DNA of 64,000 bases from Eledone cirrhosa (Eukaryota), in the NCBI GenBank assembly GCA_964016885.1, contig OZ024742.1, forward strand, positions 151,156,001-151,220,000, in the 5' to 3' direction. Positions 39,701 through 51,931 of this stretch are shown piece by piece. A program made the translations under genes and the position numbers. The first letter of the stretch is position 1. Every line of letters starts with the position of its first letter. The notes below the pieces were generated by a model. The model was not told the origin of the DNA. It saw only the letters and a list, made by a program, of their open reading frames with translations, and did no database searches.

Positions 39701-39917
39701 TGAACTTTAAAGGATTAGTTTTATACAAATTTGTATAATTAAATATATAATACTGTAATCAATAATCACAGTGCTAAACATCTTTGCTGCACAGCAGCAT
39801 TGCAAAGACATCCTAAGCGGTGGAGAGGATTGTATGGTGTTATGACCTGTTATATGGTTTGGTGTGGGTGATTTTGGATTGTGTAATTGAAACCGAAGGT
39901 TTAGTAATATTATTATT

Positions 39918-40112
39918 GGCGGTGGATTGGCAGTATCGGTAGAGCGTCAGACATCATGCTTTGCAGCATAGAGTTATGACCCTTTACGTCCTGAGTTTAA
40001 CTTTGTTAATCCCGCCGAGGTTAACTTTGTCTTCCTTACGGAATCGATAAAATAAAGTACCAGTAATGCACTGAGGTAATTGCTTGCCTTGTGCCTAAAG
40101 TATAAACAATTA
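39918..40112 (+). mobile_element. tRNA-derived SINE
   Basis: ggcggtggattggcagtatcggtagag ... gtcttccttacggaatcgataaaataaagtaccag. Confidence 0.85.
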
Positions 40113-40614
40113 TTAGTGTGGTCAGAGCAAGAAGTGTCAAAGACTAGGTTTTTCAACTTACAAAGCTGTAAACTGAAGTTATTTTATTTATAAGCCGACA
40201 CTAACAAACTCATTTCTCCTATATACCGCCTTCACCCCGTTGTCTCGATATCATACTAAGTGGATAAGTAAGATACAAAATACACTAAATAGATAGTATT
40301 TCCGCAGTGGCAAGCCTTGTGAGTCAGAAGTCTCTTGCAACATTTAATATATAGAGTAGCACCAAATGACCAAGGTAGGGTTCTGATGTCATGTTAAATG
40401 TTCATAGATAATATATTTATTATAAGTAAGGTAAAAAGTAAAGGGTCTTTAACTCCTGGTAAAGTCGTTGCGACGCCCTTATGATACACGGCGTGACTTG
40501 GGCATTTTAAAACCTGTCAGAGTCTATCACTTTCCAGGCTGGAAAACAACCGATTTCTTCCAATCACAGAGAGAGAGAGAGAGATTGGGGGGGGGGGGGG
40601 GGGGCGACTTCAGT

Positions 40615-40738
40615 ACTAGTACTTTATTTATTGACGTTGAAAAGATGAAAGGCAAAGATGATCCCGATTTGAACTCAGTGAGCCAGAATAGATACCGAAG
40701 GGTATTTTGATCCTGCCTTCTAACGATTCTGCTAATTC
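40615..40738 (-). mobile_element. Diverged SINE fragment
   Basis: gatgaaaggcaaag...atttgaactcag core. Confidence 0.65.
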
Positions 40739-40764
40739 ACTATGTCATGAATAAAATTGATAGA

Positions 40765-40905
40765 TAATATTAAATACAATATAAAATACAATAATATTAA
40801 ATACAATATAAAATACAATATAAAATACAATAATATTAAATACAATATAAAATACAATATAAAATACAATATAAAATACAATTGATAGATAATATAAAAT
40901 ACAAT
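40765..40905. repeat. 12-15 bp AT-rich minisatellite (aatataaaatac)
   Basis: Direct reading. Confidence 0.85.
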
Positions 40906-41049
40906 GCTACAGATATAATCTCATAGTCGAAGCTATAGAACAGCATAAGGGAGAATACATTTTCAGAGACGCCTCCGGCTTGAAAAACAATCACTAAGGT
41001 GGACACAAAGGTATTTAATTGCGAGAAGAATTAGTCATTGTATTAATGA

Positions 41050-41262
41050 TTGGCAGAATCGCTAGAGCGTCGGAGGAAATGCTTTGTGGCATTTAGTTAC
41101 AGCATTTTACGTTCTGAGTTCAAATTCCAGCGATATCAACTTTGCCTTTCATTTTTCTGGGGTTAGAAAAATAAAATACCAGTTAATTACTGAGTGGATT
41201 TAATTGACTTTTCTTTTCTCCTTCCCCTCAAATTGCTGGCCTTCTGCCAAAAGTAGAAATCA
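41050..41262 (+). mobile_element. tRNA-derived SINE (diverged)
   Basis: tggcagaatcg...gagttcaaattcc...ctttgcctttcat...aaaataccag. Confidence 0.75.
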
Positions 41263-41407
41263 CTGTCTCCCGTAACTCCTGATATAGTTGTAGGAGCGCC
41301 GTATTGATATACGGCGTTTCTTGGGTACATTTTAAAGCCTGGCGTAGCTCATCCTGCTCCAGGCCTGAGTATAGCAGATTTCTTCCAGAGAGAGGAAGAA
41401 TCGATCC

Positions 41408-41560
41408 CAGTACTAGACTGGTAATTTTTTTTATCGACCTCGAAAGGATGAAAGGCAAAGTTGACCTCGGCGGGATTTGAACTCAGAAAGCAGAGAGCGG
41501 GAACGAATACTATAAAACATTCTTATCCGACGTTCTAACGACTCTGCCAATTCGCCACCT
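41408..41560 (-). mobile_element. tRNA-derived SINE
   Basis: ggatgaaaggcaaagttgacctcggcgggatttgaactcag...ctctgccaattcgcc. Confidence 0.8.
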
Positions 41561-41744
41561 TAGAAATCACTGTTTTAGTGACTAACTCTGATCAAGTAAG
41601 GCAAGGGGAACAACCTCTGGAATTTAATGAAAAATACAATATGGAAGTGAGTCTGATCTTATAGTGTCAACTTCAGACATGTTTAGGTTTTATTAAACCT
41701 CGTCAATGAACACCTTTCACGGGATCATCAGACAAGACGATCGT

Positions 41745-41797
41745 GTCTCGTCTGATGATCATGTGAATGTGCAGATGAAACTCCAGAGTAACAAGGC
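41745..41797 (+). ncRNA. HHR motif preceded by an inverted partial copy
   Basis: gtctcgt-CTGATGA-tcat...gat-GAAA-ctc(ca)gag-TA-acaaggc; 41723-41738 (gatcatcagacaagac) is its mirror. Confidence 0.55.
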
Positions 41798-41900
41798 TCA
41801 CCACATAGCCATAATAAATGAATATTTAAATTCTACTTCGGTATTGGGTACATATTGTCACGTCCGTCAATAATACAATACACACACACACATATATATA

Positions 41901-42990
41901 TAGGAAAATGTTTAACCCCGACGACAGAACTCAAGCCGTTTCGACGGCTATTGAAATAGCCGTCGAAACGGCTTGAGCTCTGCCGTCGGGGTTAAACATT
42001 TTCCTATTACCCACTCTACTACCCTAAGTATTGAGTACTCTGGTGCGTTATGGTCCACCTGGTTCCTTACCACACCTCCTTCGTTATATATATATACCAC
42101 TGCCCTTACTCCACGCCCTCGCCCCCTCCTAACCGACTGCCCTCCCCTCACCTACCACTCTTCTACCTTGCCCCTCCAGAAGACGATTCTCTGTCTTTTC
42201 CACCGCCTACAGTCAGTTTCCCCCCATCTCACCCCTTTTCCAACTCCCACCTCTCCCTTCATTCGAGTACGCTCGTAATCTTCAGAACCCCATCGTCCGC
42301 AGCGCCCTTCCTCCCTCTGGATTCCACCTCTGTTCCCGACCCCGCTGCCATACATACTGCTTTATCTCCAACATCACCACCACCCTTTCCCGTCCAAATG
42401 ACCAGTCCTTCCGGGCTAGGGACTCCTTCAGCTGCACCTCCACCAGCCTTGTCTATGGGCTCCATTGTACTTTGTGAGGAGCCATCTACCTAGGTCAAAC
42501 TGGCCGTCGTCTGGCCGACAGATTTGTTGAACACTTTTGGGACATCCAGGTCGGCAACGAAACTCCGATCTCCCGACAGTTTACTACGGACTAATATTTA
42601 TTTCCTGTATCTATCTTTTGTGATCTTGTCTCTATTTTTTGTAGAGTTATGGCCCTTTACATTCTGAGTTCAAATTCCACCAAGGGTAACTTTATCTTTC
42701 ATCCTTACGAGGTCGATAAAATAAAGCACCAGTAATGCACTGGGGTCAATTTAATCGACTTTCCCTTTCCCTTCAAATTGTTGGCCTTGTGCCTAAAGTA
42801 GAAACAATTATTTATTTATTTATTTTTTTTTTTACTACGGACTACCTTTTATCTTCTGTATCTATCCTTTGTTATCCAGCCACTAGTTTTTGCACTCCTG
42901 AAGAAGAGTTGACATCCGACACATCGAACTTTCTTTCCTCTTTTCCTTATAAAGCGTGAAATCAATAAGACTCTTTGTATCTCTGTTTTG
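41901..42990 (+). mobile_element. Decayed PLE (Neptune/Penelope-like) with a palindromic 5' junction, linker and GIY-YIG fragment
   Basis: 106-bp palindrome at 41901-42006; PLTYHSS..TIL..FHRLQ; SFSCTSTSLVYGLHCTL*GAIYLGQTGRRLADRFVEH at about 42420-42540; decayed CTGAAGA...GAAA at 42898-42961. Confidence 0.72.
42642..42810 (+). mobile_element. tRNA-derived SINE (5'-truncated)
   Basis: gagttcaaattcc...ctttcatccttacgaggtcgataaaataaagcaccag. Confidence 0.82.
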
Positions 42991-43013
42991 TCGTTTCTTT
43001 GAAATATATATAT

Positions 43014-43181
43014 AATTGTTTCTACTTTTGGCACAAGACCAGCAATTATCTCAGTGTATTACTGGTACTTTATTTTATCGACCCCGTAAGGATGAAAGGC
43101 AAAGTTAACCTCGGCGGGATTTGAACTCAGACCATAAAGGGCCGTAACTCTTTGCTGCAAAGCATGGCGCCCGACCCTCTA
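43014..43181 (-). mobile_element. tRNA-derived SINE
   Basis: Matches the SINE consensus. Confidence 0.87.
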
Positions 43182-44404
43182 GCGAATGTGGAAAAATCAG
43201 GCATAAGCTCACGCAAGGAAACGAACCCGCATCGGAATCTGTTTGAAGTTCGTCGGATGGGCTGTATCTGTAATTTAAAAGGCCAGCCTTGATACATACC
43301 ATGTTACACTGAATATCTTTACGTAAAGGGCACACATGTCTTTAGACTAATCAGTCAAGCGTCTATTTTACGAGGAGGCTGTTCCGATGTTTGAACAGCT
43401 GGAATATTCATCGTCGAAACCGATGGAGTTCCATTCCATTTCATCTTATATTCATTAGACCGACCATCCCATTATGCCGTCATAAGTTTTACTGATAGCT
43501 GCACCTTTCTCATGACTACCTACTTCACCTCTATCTCCCCATTATACCTATCTATCCTATTCTTTAACAATTTTCATTATTTCGCTTATCTGTAAATATT
43601 TATCGTTTACTATCACAACTTAACCTATAATTCCCACTCCCTTTATCTAGACTCCGTATTCTAGATCCAACACAACCAAAGTATCTTAAAACAGCAACAA
43701 TGTTTTACTTCAGCTTTATTTTCTAGATATATACTAGACCACTTGTAACCCGTTGGGTAACGTTCACTTCAAAATATCTTTTAGAAATCCTGTTCACTTA
43801 AAAAATAATTTCTCCATAATTATATAATGTGAAATGAAGCTGGAAGGCCGTGTGTGTATGTATATATATATAAATGTGTGTGTATACATATATATATATG
43901 TATGTATGTGTATATATATGTGGGTGTGTGATCTACACACTGGTCATAGACACACACTCACACACGCACACACATATATATATACGCAACACCACCACTA
44001 TCTCTCTCTCTCTCCCTTTTCCATTCTCCTCTGTCTCGTCTCCCTCTCTCTATGTCTCTCTTTCAACCTACTCTCTCACAACCACTATCTCTTTCTCTCT
44101 ATCCCCTGTTTCACTCTGTTTATGAAGGTACCCGGAAAAACCCTATATATCGGGAACCAGTCCTCCGATTTATGAGAAACTTGTTTTATTCCATTTGTAT
44201 TCGCACTTCAGGGTCAACTTCCTTTCAAAGTATTTTCCCATTATGCGCCCTTTTGGCTGTATTACATTACAGACAAGCAAGCAAGCAAGAAATCGCAGAA
44301 TTTTAGTAATATCTAAACTATAATAAAGTAAGAAGTGCGGGACTGCGTACGGTTTATAATTTTTTATCCCATTAGTAAAATAAGTTGGATTACTTTGAAT
44401 AAAT

Positions 44405-44886
44405 AATTGTTTCTACTTTTGGCACAAGGCCAGCAAATACCCAGTACATTACTGGTACTTTATTTTATCGACCCCGTAAGGATGAAAGGCAAAGTTAACA
44501 TCGGCGGGATTTGAACTTAGAATGGCAAGGGCCGTAACTCTATGTATCAATAAATAATTGTTTTTACTTTTGGCACAAGGTCAGCAATTACTCAGTGCAT
44601 TACTGGTACTTTATTTTATCGACCCCATTAGGATGAAAGGCAAAGTTAACCTCGGCGGGATTTGAACTTAGAATGGCAAGGGCCGTAACTCTATGCGTCA
44701 ATAAATAATTGTTTCTACTTTTGGCACAAGGCCAGCAATTATTCCAGTGCATTACTGGTACTTTATTTTATCGACCCCGTAAGGATGAAAGGCAAAGTTA
44801 ACCTCAGCAGGATTTGAACTCAGAATGGCAAGGGCCGTAACTCTTTGCTGCAAAGCATGGCGTCAGACCCTCTACCGATACTGCCG
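44405..44886 (-). mobile_element. Three head-to-tail SINE copies (~150-bp period)
   Basis: Units start at about 44405, 44555 and 44706; only the last retains the A-box end. Confidence 0.87.
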
Positions 44887-45328
44887 AATGAATATTACAT
44901 AATTTATCTACTAAATTTCGTGGCTGTTCATTAAATATATTTTATTATTTATTTAAAGATTCACTTCTTTAAAATTTTCAAATATCAACACTTCCGGTGG
45001 CGATCGCTTAAATAAACATTAATTTTCTGTCACTAATTTTCTCCTAATGCAGTTTATATATAATATCGTCTTTTTCTAGTGTATTGTGGATTACGTTACT
45101 GTTTACATAAGACAGTGTAACACAGTCTTCGTTCAATTTCTGTGTATATTGTCAATTACGATTTTATTTGACGTATCATATCTACATGTATATATACTTG
45201 AGTATAATATCAATATACACACTACACATGCTAGCAGAAAACCACCCGAAGGGTGGTTTTTCTGCTAGTTTAGATAAATAACATAACAAATTGCTCACAA
45301 TTCTTTTAGAATGAAAATCTAAACACAA

Positions 45329-45516
45329 ATAATTGTTTCTACTTTTGGCACAAGGCCAGCAATTATTCCAGTGCATTACTGGTACTTTATTTTATCGACC
45401 CCGTAAGGATGAAAGGCAAAGTGAACCTCGGCGGGATTTGAACTCAGATTGTAAAGGCCCGTAACTCCATGCTGCAAAGCATGGCGTCCGTCCTTTAACG
45501 ATACTGCCAATCCACC
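45329..45516 (-). mobile_element. tRNA-derived SINE
   Basis: Matches the SINE consensus, including the ctgccaatccacc 5' end. Confidence 0.87.
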
Positions 45517-45619
45517 ATCCTTACAATAAATACAGATAACACAAATAATAAATAACTATTGCTAGGAACCTCACAAATACATAGCACCAAAATGACCAGA
45601 GCGAGAGAAAAAAAATGGG

Positions 45620-48600
45620 AAACAAAAACTAAAACGCCCATCAATTCACCCCCAAGTGCAAATATGGGCCGGACATCTCAAGTCAACGGAATATGTTCAG
45701 GCAAGCCAACACGTTCACAGCATTACATTGAGTGATGGCCAGGCTAAGCCGCTGAAATAACTAGGCACCCTCACGGGCATCAACTGACATCTTAGTAAGT
45801 AGAGCCACCAACGATGACAAGAACTTCGCTGTTCGCGGCCCAACTCCACTAAACTCTCGAACGCCATAGGCTGGAAAAATAATTGTTAGATAGATCCTTG
45901 TATTTCCGGATTTTATTCCATTCGGCAACGGAGTCAGTGACCTCAAATTTGCCGCGAAATCCATGATGTGGAAAGGAGCAAAAATATCACTGACTGGCGT
46001 CTCAGATGAGACACCTACCACTTATCCAAGGACAACGGGTAAGGCTGTCTGGTTTTTCCCCATCTCTTCTGAATAATCCAGCCGGCTCCAGAACTGGGGG
46101 GATATTTATACGAGCTAGGGCCCGTTTAATGATCAGATTTAGCTCGGTGTGGCGGACGAAACGACCAGAATTTAGGCGGTAGAACAAACCATATAGGCCT
46201 GTGGGTTGAGGGACTTACCACAGCGACATCTCAGACTCCCACAGACATCATCTCCCACTCGGACTGCAATGGAGATGCGGAGCTCGTCTTGACTAAGAAG
46301 ATCGCCAATGCAGGCCACAATAAGGGCATCAATCCAGTCCCCCAGAAAGTAAGCGGCACATAGAAAATTGATCAGAATGATCAAAGAGAAAGGTTCGATA
46401 ACCGGAAGATTGTTTATATATTGTCAAAACTGTTTCATCTCCCATTCTATGACCTCCTCAGTGACTAGGTTTTTATTTTGTGTCTCTCTCTGTTCTGTCC
46501 TACACCATCTTGTGTGTTGTGTGCTTAGTTGGCGCATGCGTTACATCCAGGTGTGTGTATGTGTTTTTATTTAGTTATGTGTTTATTTATTTGTCACTAG
46601 TTGGTTGTTTGTTCTATCTGTGATTGTCTGATTTGTTTTGTTAGTTTGGTTTTTGTGTGTCTGTATGTCTTCATTTTATCCATAATTACTAGTTGTGATG
46701 TTGCTATTCCACTCACTTTTTCTATTTAATTTTGGTTGGAGTTCGTTTATATTTGTTGCCTCTGGGATTTGCCCAAGCATTGCATCCCTTCTGTGTGTGG
46801 ATATAATTTTATCTCTATGTTCTCCAATATGCCCCTATATTCTATTTTGGCATGTTGGGGGAGTACTGATGAGTTTTACCATCCTAGAGTTTTAACCGGT
46901 GTTCACCTATCCCACTCCCACGCTACTGGCTGTTTCACCTATGCCACACCCCATTCCTACACTGTCCCTCAGTACATCTTATGCTATATACTACGTTCCT
47001 AATTTTGCAGTTAGTTTGTGGCCTTAGCTTGCAGACTATGCATTTCCTATCAGCACAGGGGTATCTTTGAAATGGGCATGTTTTGCTAATTAGGGTTTTT
47101 ATGGAAATACATGGTATTTCAACTATCGTAATATTTAATTTGAGCTTGTCTAGGGGCCTTCTAAATCTATAAGCTAGTTCATCTCCAGGGGTTGTATTGA
47201 CGAATATTACACCCTGGTATCTATCACTATCATACCATAAGTTTATTTTATTTGCCTTATTCCTAATTCTTTCTACTCTGTTAAAAAATTTGCTCCTATA
47301 CATGAGGCAAGTTCCATTCGCATCATTTTCCACAATCTTTGCCCATTTGTTCTAGCTCTTTTATATACCATGATCTTGTCTCTCTGATTGTAGCCAGAGA
47401 ACTGCATGCGGTGGATGAAGTGTTGTATCTGTCCCTCTAATTCTTTGGGGTTACACATGCGGGACACGTTCCTCATCACTCTTACTAAGCCCGCAATCAG
47501 TATGTTGATTTTTATGTGGCCCGAAACAGCTGAGTTTCGGTGGATCAGGTATTTGGAGGTCATGGGTTTGGCCTAATTCGAATGGAGGATTTGCGTTCTA
47601 TTACTAATAGTTTCCAACCAGAGTTATGTGTCTATTACGAGTAGTCTATGGTTGGGGTGTTTATTTGGGTAGTCTATAGTAACTTTAATACTCTGGTGGA
47701 TGGAGTTAGCTATTTGCTGGATGCTTTCCATGGTATTCTTCTCAAATTCCTGACTGTTCTTCTGTGGGGGTGTTTTTACTACGATATCTTTGTCATCTAC
47801 GTAGCGAGAGTACATAATCAGGGTTATAAAATTGTCTAATTGTTCTTTTTTTTTAAGTTTTCTCTCCCACCATACCATAAAGAGGTTAGCTCTGTCACCT
47901 GCGATGCATACACCAATGGCTACTCTCTCCTCTTGGGCATATGTTTTGTCATTAAATTTGAACATATGTTCCTTATGGGTTAGTTTTATACTGGCCACCA
48001 CCGCATGTGCGACCATTGTCTTTAATTCATCAAGGTTTTCGCGTGTCCGTATGGCTCTGGTCCTCCCGCTCCATCTTTCTGTGTGGGTCTTCTTGGCCAT
48101 TGAGGTAATAGTGAGTAGTCTACCTCTTTCTGGCATTGTGGGACAGAGGCTGCTGAGGTTGTGTGTGTCTAAGTATTCCTTATTGTATGTGAGTTTAAGT
48201 AGGAGTCCCAGCTCACTGGTATCAATCCCACGGAATTCCGCATCGCTCTCACTGATCATTTCCATGCATTTTTCCATAGCAAAATTAACGTTGATGGAGG
48301 GGTATAATGACACTACATCCATGCTACATATTGTATAGCCTGTTAGGTCCCTAGTCAGGTTGCATTCGCTGATTCTGCTGAGAAGGTCCTCCGTGCTGTC
48401 GAATATATCTGAGGACGTTTCGATGGTAGGGTATATGATCAGGGAGAGGAAGTAGGAGAGTCTGTAGTTGCTAGCAATGTTAGCTCCACAGACTGGTCGT
48501 GTTGGTGGTCCTGTGACTGGGTCACTATTTGCATTGTGGTATTTGCGAAACCGATACAGCGTTGGTATATCGTTGTCCCAGGCCTGGGAGTTGTTGGCAG

Positions 48601-49900
48601 TCCGTTTATTAGGCTGCATTATGTTAGTCCACACCACCATATGAGCGTTGAGGCTTTTTTCGTTTTCCTCATGCTCTTGTGGTATTACCTCTCTTGTGTT
48701 GATGTGGGGTTACATTGCCTGGATGTAGTTTGGCAGGCTGTCAACTGACACTCTACCAGACCGGTCTGTTAGAAAGCATACCATCTCTCCGTTTTGCGAG
48801 CACTGCATGAGCTTACGCAAGCCATTTGCGGATTTTTCCCTCAGCAGTTTCACAGCAGTTTGACAACATGCCAAACTATATCCAGGCGGACGAAACGACC
48901 AGAATTTAGGCGTTGAACAAACGATATAGGCCTGTGGAGTCGAAGGACTTACCACAGCGACATCTCAGACCCCCACAGACATCGTCTCCCACTCAGACGG
49001 CAATGAAGATGCGGAGCTCGTCCTGACTGAGAAAGTCACCAATGCTGGTCACAATCAGGGCATCAATCCAGTCCCTTAGAACCTTTCGCTTGCAGAAAGT
49101 AAGCGGCACCTAGAAAATTCATCAGAATGATCAAAGAGAAAGTTAAAAGTTTCACTCATATGCAGATTGTCCCACACTCTCTCCTTCCGTCTATCCTCAT
49201 CAGTATTGGGAACTGACAAACTTAGCTCTCTCCACTGTAATATAGCTTCGTCCATCTCCCTGGTAGACGTTGGCTATGTTGGAAAGGAGAAGTTGTCACC
49301 CACTAAAGAAAGCAAGGTAGAGACAAAGATGTGTATTTGCGCAGACAGAGATCTCCAAACCGTTTGGACAAGGCAGCCTGGTCGCAGGACTATTTAGAGA
49401 GTCGAACAGTGACCAAAGTCTCGAGCTCACTGAACATTAGGTCATCTAAGTGTTAGAGATACGTTGAGAATTTGTAAGAGAGGCTAACTCTGAGGAAATA
49501 CAACAACTTAGGAATTGACAAATAATTTTTAAGTAAAATAAAATAACCTTGGTGAGACTCAATGGCTTCGAGGTTTTTTAAAAGTTGTTCGAGGTTAGCC
49601 AACTTAGATCGAAAGATGGACTCGAAGGCTTGGTCAGTAATTGGGGTTCCAATGGAGCACCATGCTGATGAGGGAGGAACCGCGATAGAGAGGAAGGACT
49701 TTGTGAACAGGTCAATAGTCTGCTGATGTGAAGTTGAGGGGCCAGAATCGCATTCGGAAACGTTGACGTGAAAGCCCCTATGACCCAGTTCCTCAATTCT
49801 TCCATCTTTTCATCTAGTTCAGGGATCTCAAACACGTAGTCTGCAAACTATTTTTTGACAGCCCGCGCCAGAACAATAGTCGGGACAAATGTTTTCCTAA
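45620..49900 (-). mobile_element. Decayed CRE-like (restriction-like endonuclease) non-LTR retrotransposon, split by a PLE
   Basis: LKNYLSIPKLLYFLR...QAALSKRFGDLCLR..LSLPCFL (49300-49530); ELRISIAVRVG..C..CRCG; RHTELNLIIKRAL..EPAGLFRRDGEKPDSLT..PW..GRCLI; YFSGLAWPSL region. Confidence 0.7.
46400..48815 (-). pseudogene. Decayed PLE of the same lineage as 21650-22873, with a degenerate HHR at about 46423-46465
   Basis: [28 protein letters not shown] and CKIRNVVYSIRCTEGQC; agtca-CTGAGGA-ggtcat...GAAA on the minus strand. Confidence 0.85.
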
Positions 49901-50871
49901 AACTTGGCAATTTTTCCCTTGTGTTTGTATGTAGGTGTATATATACGTGTATATGGGTTGTAAAAGAAAATTAGAATTTTCATCAAAATGAATACGCATT
50001 TGAAATGTAAATCTCAAATGCGTACTCATTTTGATGAAAAAAAAAAGAAAAAAAAGAAAGAAAAATAGCAGCCTATCAGCTGTATTGTAGATACATTATA
50101 ATTGGTGCAAATTCCGTCTCCCACCACATCATCTTACTTTTGTGCCTCTACCCTAGTTTGAGAACCCTGATCTAACTCCGCTATTTTGTTCTACCATTCA
50201 GCAATTTTTTCAAATCTTTCCCTTACCACATGGCGGCGAATTGACAGTCGTTAAGTGACGGAATCTATTTTTTTTTCTCTAGAAGAAAATGGCTGTATTT
50301 TGATCTGGAGAAAGATGGGCTCTATCGGGTCTAATGTCCAAGACACGTTGTGTACCAGGACGGCGTCCCTACGACTGTAACAGGAGTCTTTCTCTTTTTT
50401 TTGTAGACAACGAAGTCGTTACTGGTGTTGATTATTTCTAATTTGATTTTTCTTATCATTAACTTATATTTTTTCAGTCTTGTAGATGTAGCAAATTTTT
50501 TTAAATTTTAATAATTCTAATTCATACGTTAATTATTGATTATTTTACTTTTCATTCATTTTATCCTCAATCCTTATCATACTTGACATTTTTATTTATC
50601 TTCTCCATTTTCTGCTCCTCTTTAGTCAACAACTACTCCTACCTTACTAACCGTTTCCAAACACTACTACCCATTACTTCATTAACTACGCTAGCCCTCA
50701 CCCCTCTCATAATCCTTCCACATTCGCACCTCTTCCACTTCTCTTGACATCTAACACTCTTCATATATCAATCTAATCTCATACTTCCCTCTCCTTCTCT
50801 ACTACTCTCACCTTTCTTTTCTCATCTCTAACCTCTCAATATCTCATTCCTTTCCCCCACCTATCTTCAGT

Positions 50872-50933
<62 letters not shown>

Positions 50934-51931
50934 GACAGACAGACAGAATGAACGGCATATAACTTATAGAAACTTAGCAAACACTCGCTTTACTGAAACA
51001 TTGTAGCTATATTGTCAGAAAATTAATAAATCAACTATGCATCTATATGTTTAAGCTCATGAAACTTACATCTGGTTTTGGCAGACCTTACAAACCAAGC
51101 TGCATATGTGTACATTAGTATGCACAAGTGTATTCTAATGCATAGCACTGGGTCTTTTTAATCTACCAATGGATTTGTATGCTTTCCTCGTAAGTTGTAT
51201 TACATGCAATCTATTGCCGTGGACTGCAGACAATATTTAATACATTCGTTGGTGAGTAATCAAGCCAGTCCTTGATAGTCATATGCCACCACAAATATCT
51301 CAGAACAAGTTTACCGCATCTGCATTTTCGTGCATCTCCTTTCAATTCTGCGTGTGAAATATGTACTTTATCAGCATTATATCTTATCTATTTTCTCCAT
51401 CGATGTAAAGTGAACTGCTTAAATACGCAAAAAACGACCAGAACAGGTTAAAATGACTAATTGTGGTGCTTACGTATTTCAAATGCTTTCGAATAGGATT
51501 TTATGCAGGACTAAAACCGCCGCCTTAGTTTATGTTGGGGGCGTTTCCGCACACAAGCTCACCATACAGCTTCTGCTTCAACATCTCTTGATCATTCAAT
51601 CGCACCAGGTGTCCGGTTGAAATGTATATGGTTCTTTTGGAGTTAGAGGAGAGAGAAGAGGAGGCACGCCTATGATATTTGCCTGGGCGTTTGAGACGAA
51701 GATAGAAAGTTAGTCTCAGATATCTAATGGTTGAGCGTTCAACCAGGAGACTGATTAAGTCTACTCTCAGACAAACAGGAACAGTCGCTTTGACTGGTTT
51801 CCACAGAATTTCTGCCTACCGATTTTCAATCATAAGGATTTAGTCGATCTAAGGTGCTATACAATGGAATCTAAACCATAAAGTTGTGAGGTGAACTTCT
51901 TAACTAAACAATAAATGACCATAACTGTTTT

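Noticed and set aside
43733-43775. Helitron 3' end (minus-strand hairpin then CTAG); also a possible Helitron 5' start at about 60744
   Set aside because: The hairpin is weak and no matching opposite terminus or Rep/helicase sequence could be identified.
50271-50420. Possible spliced exon after a polypyrimidine tract and AG
   Set aside because: No recognisable protein motif and no convincing donor site.
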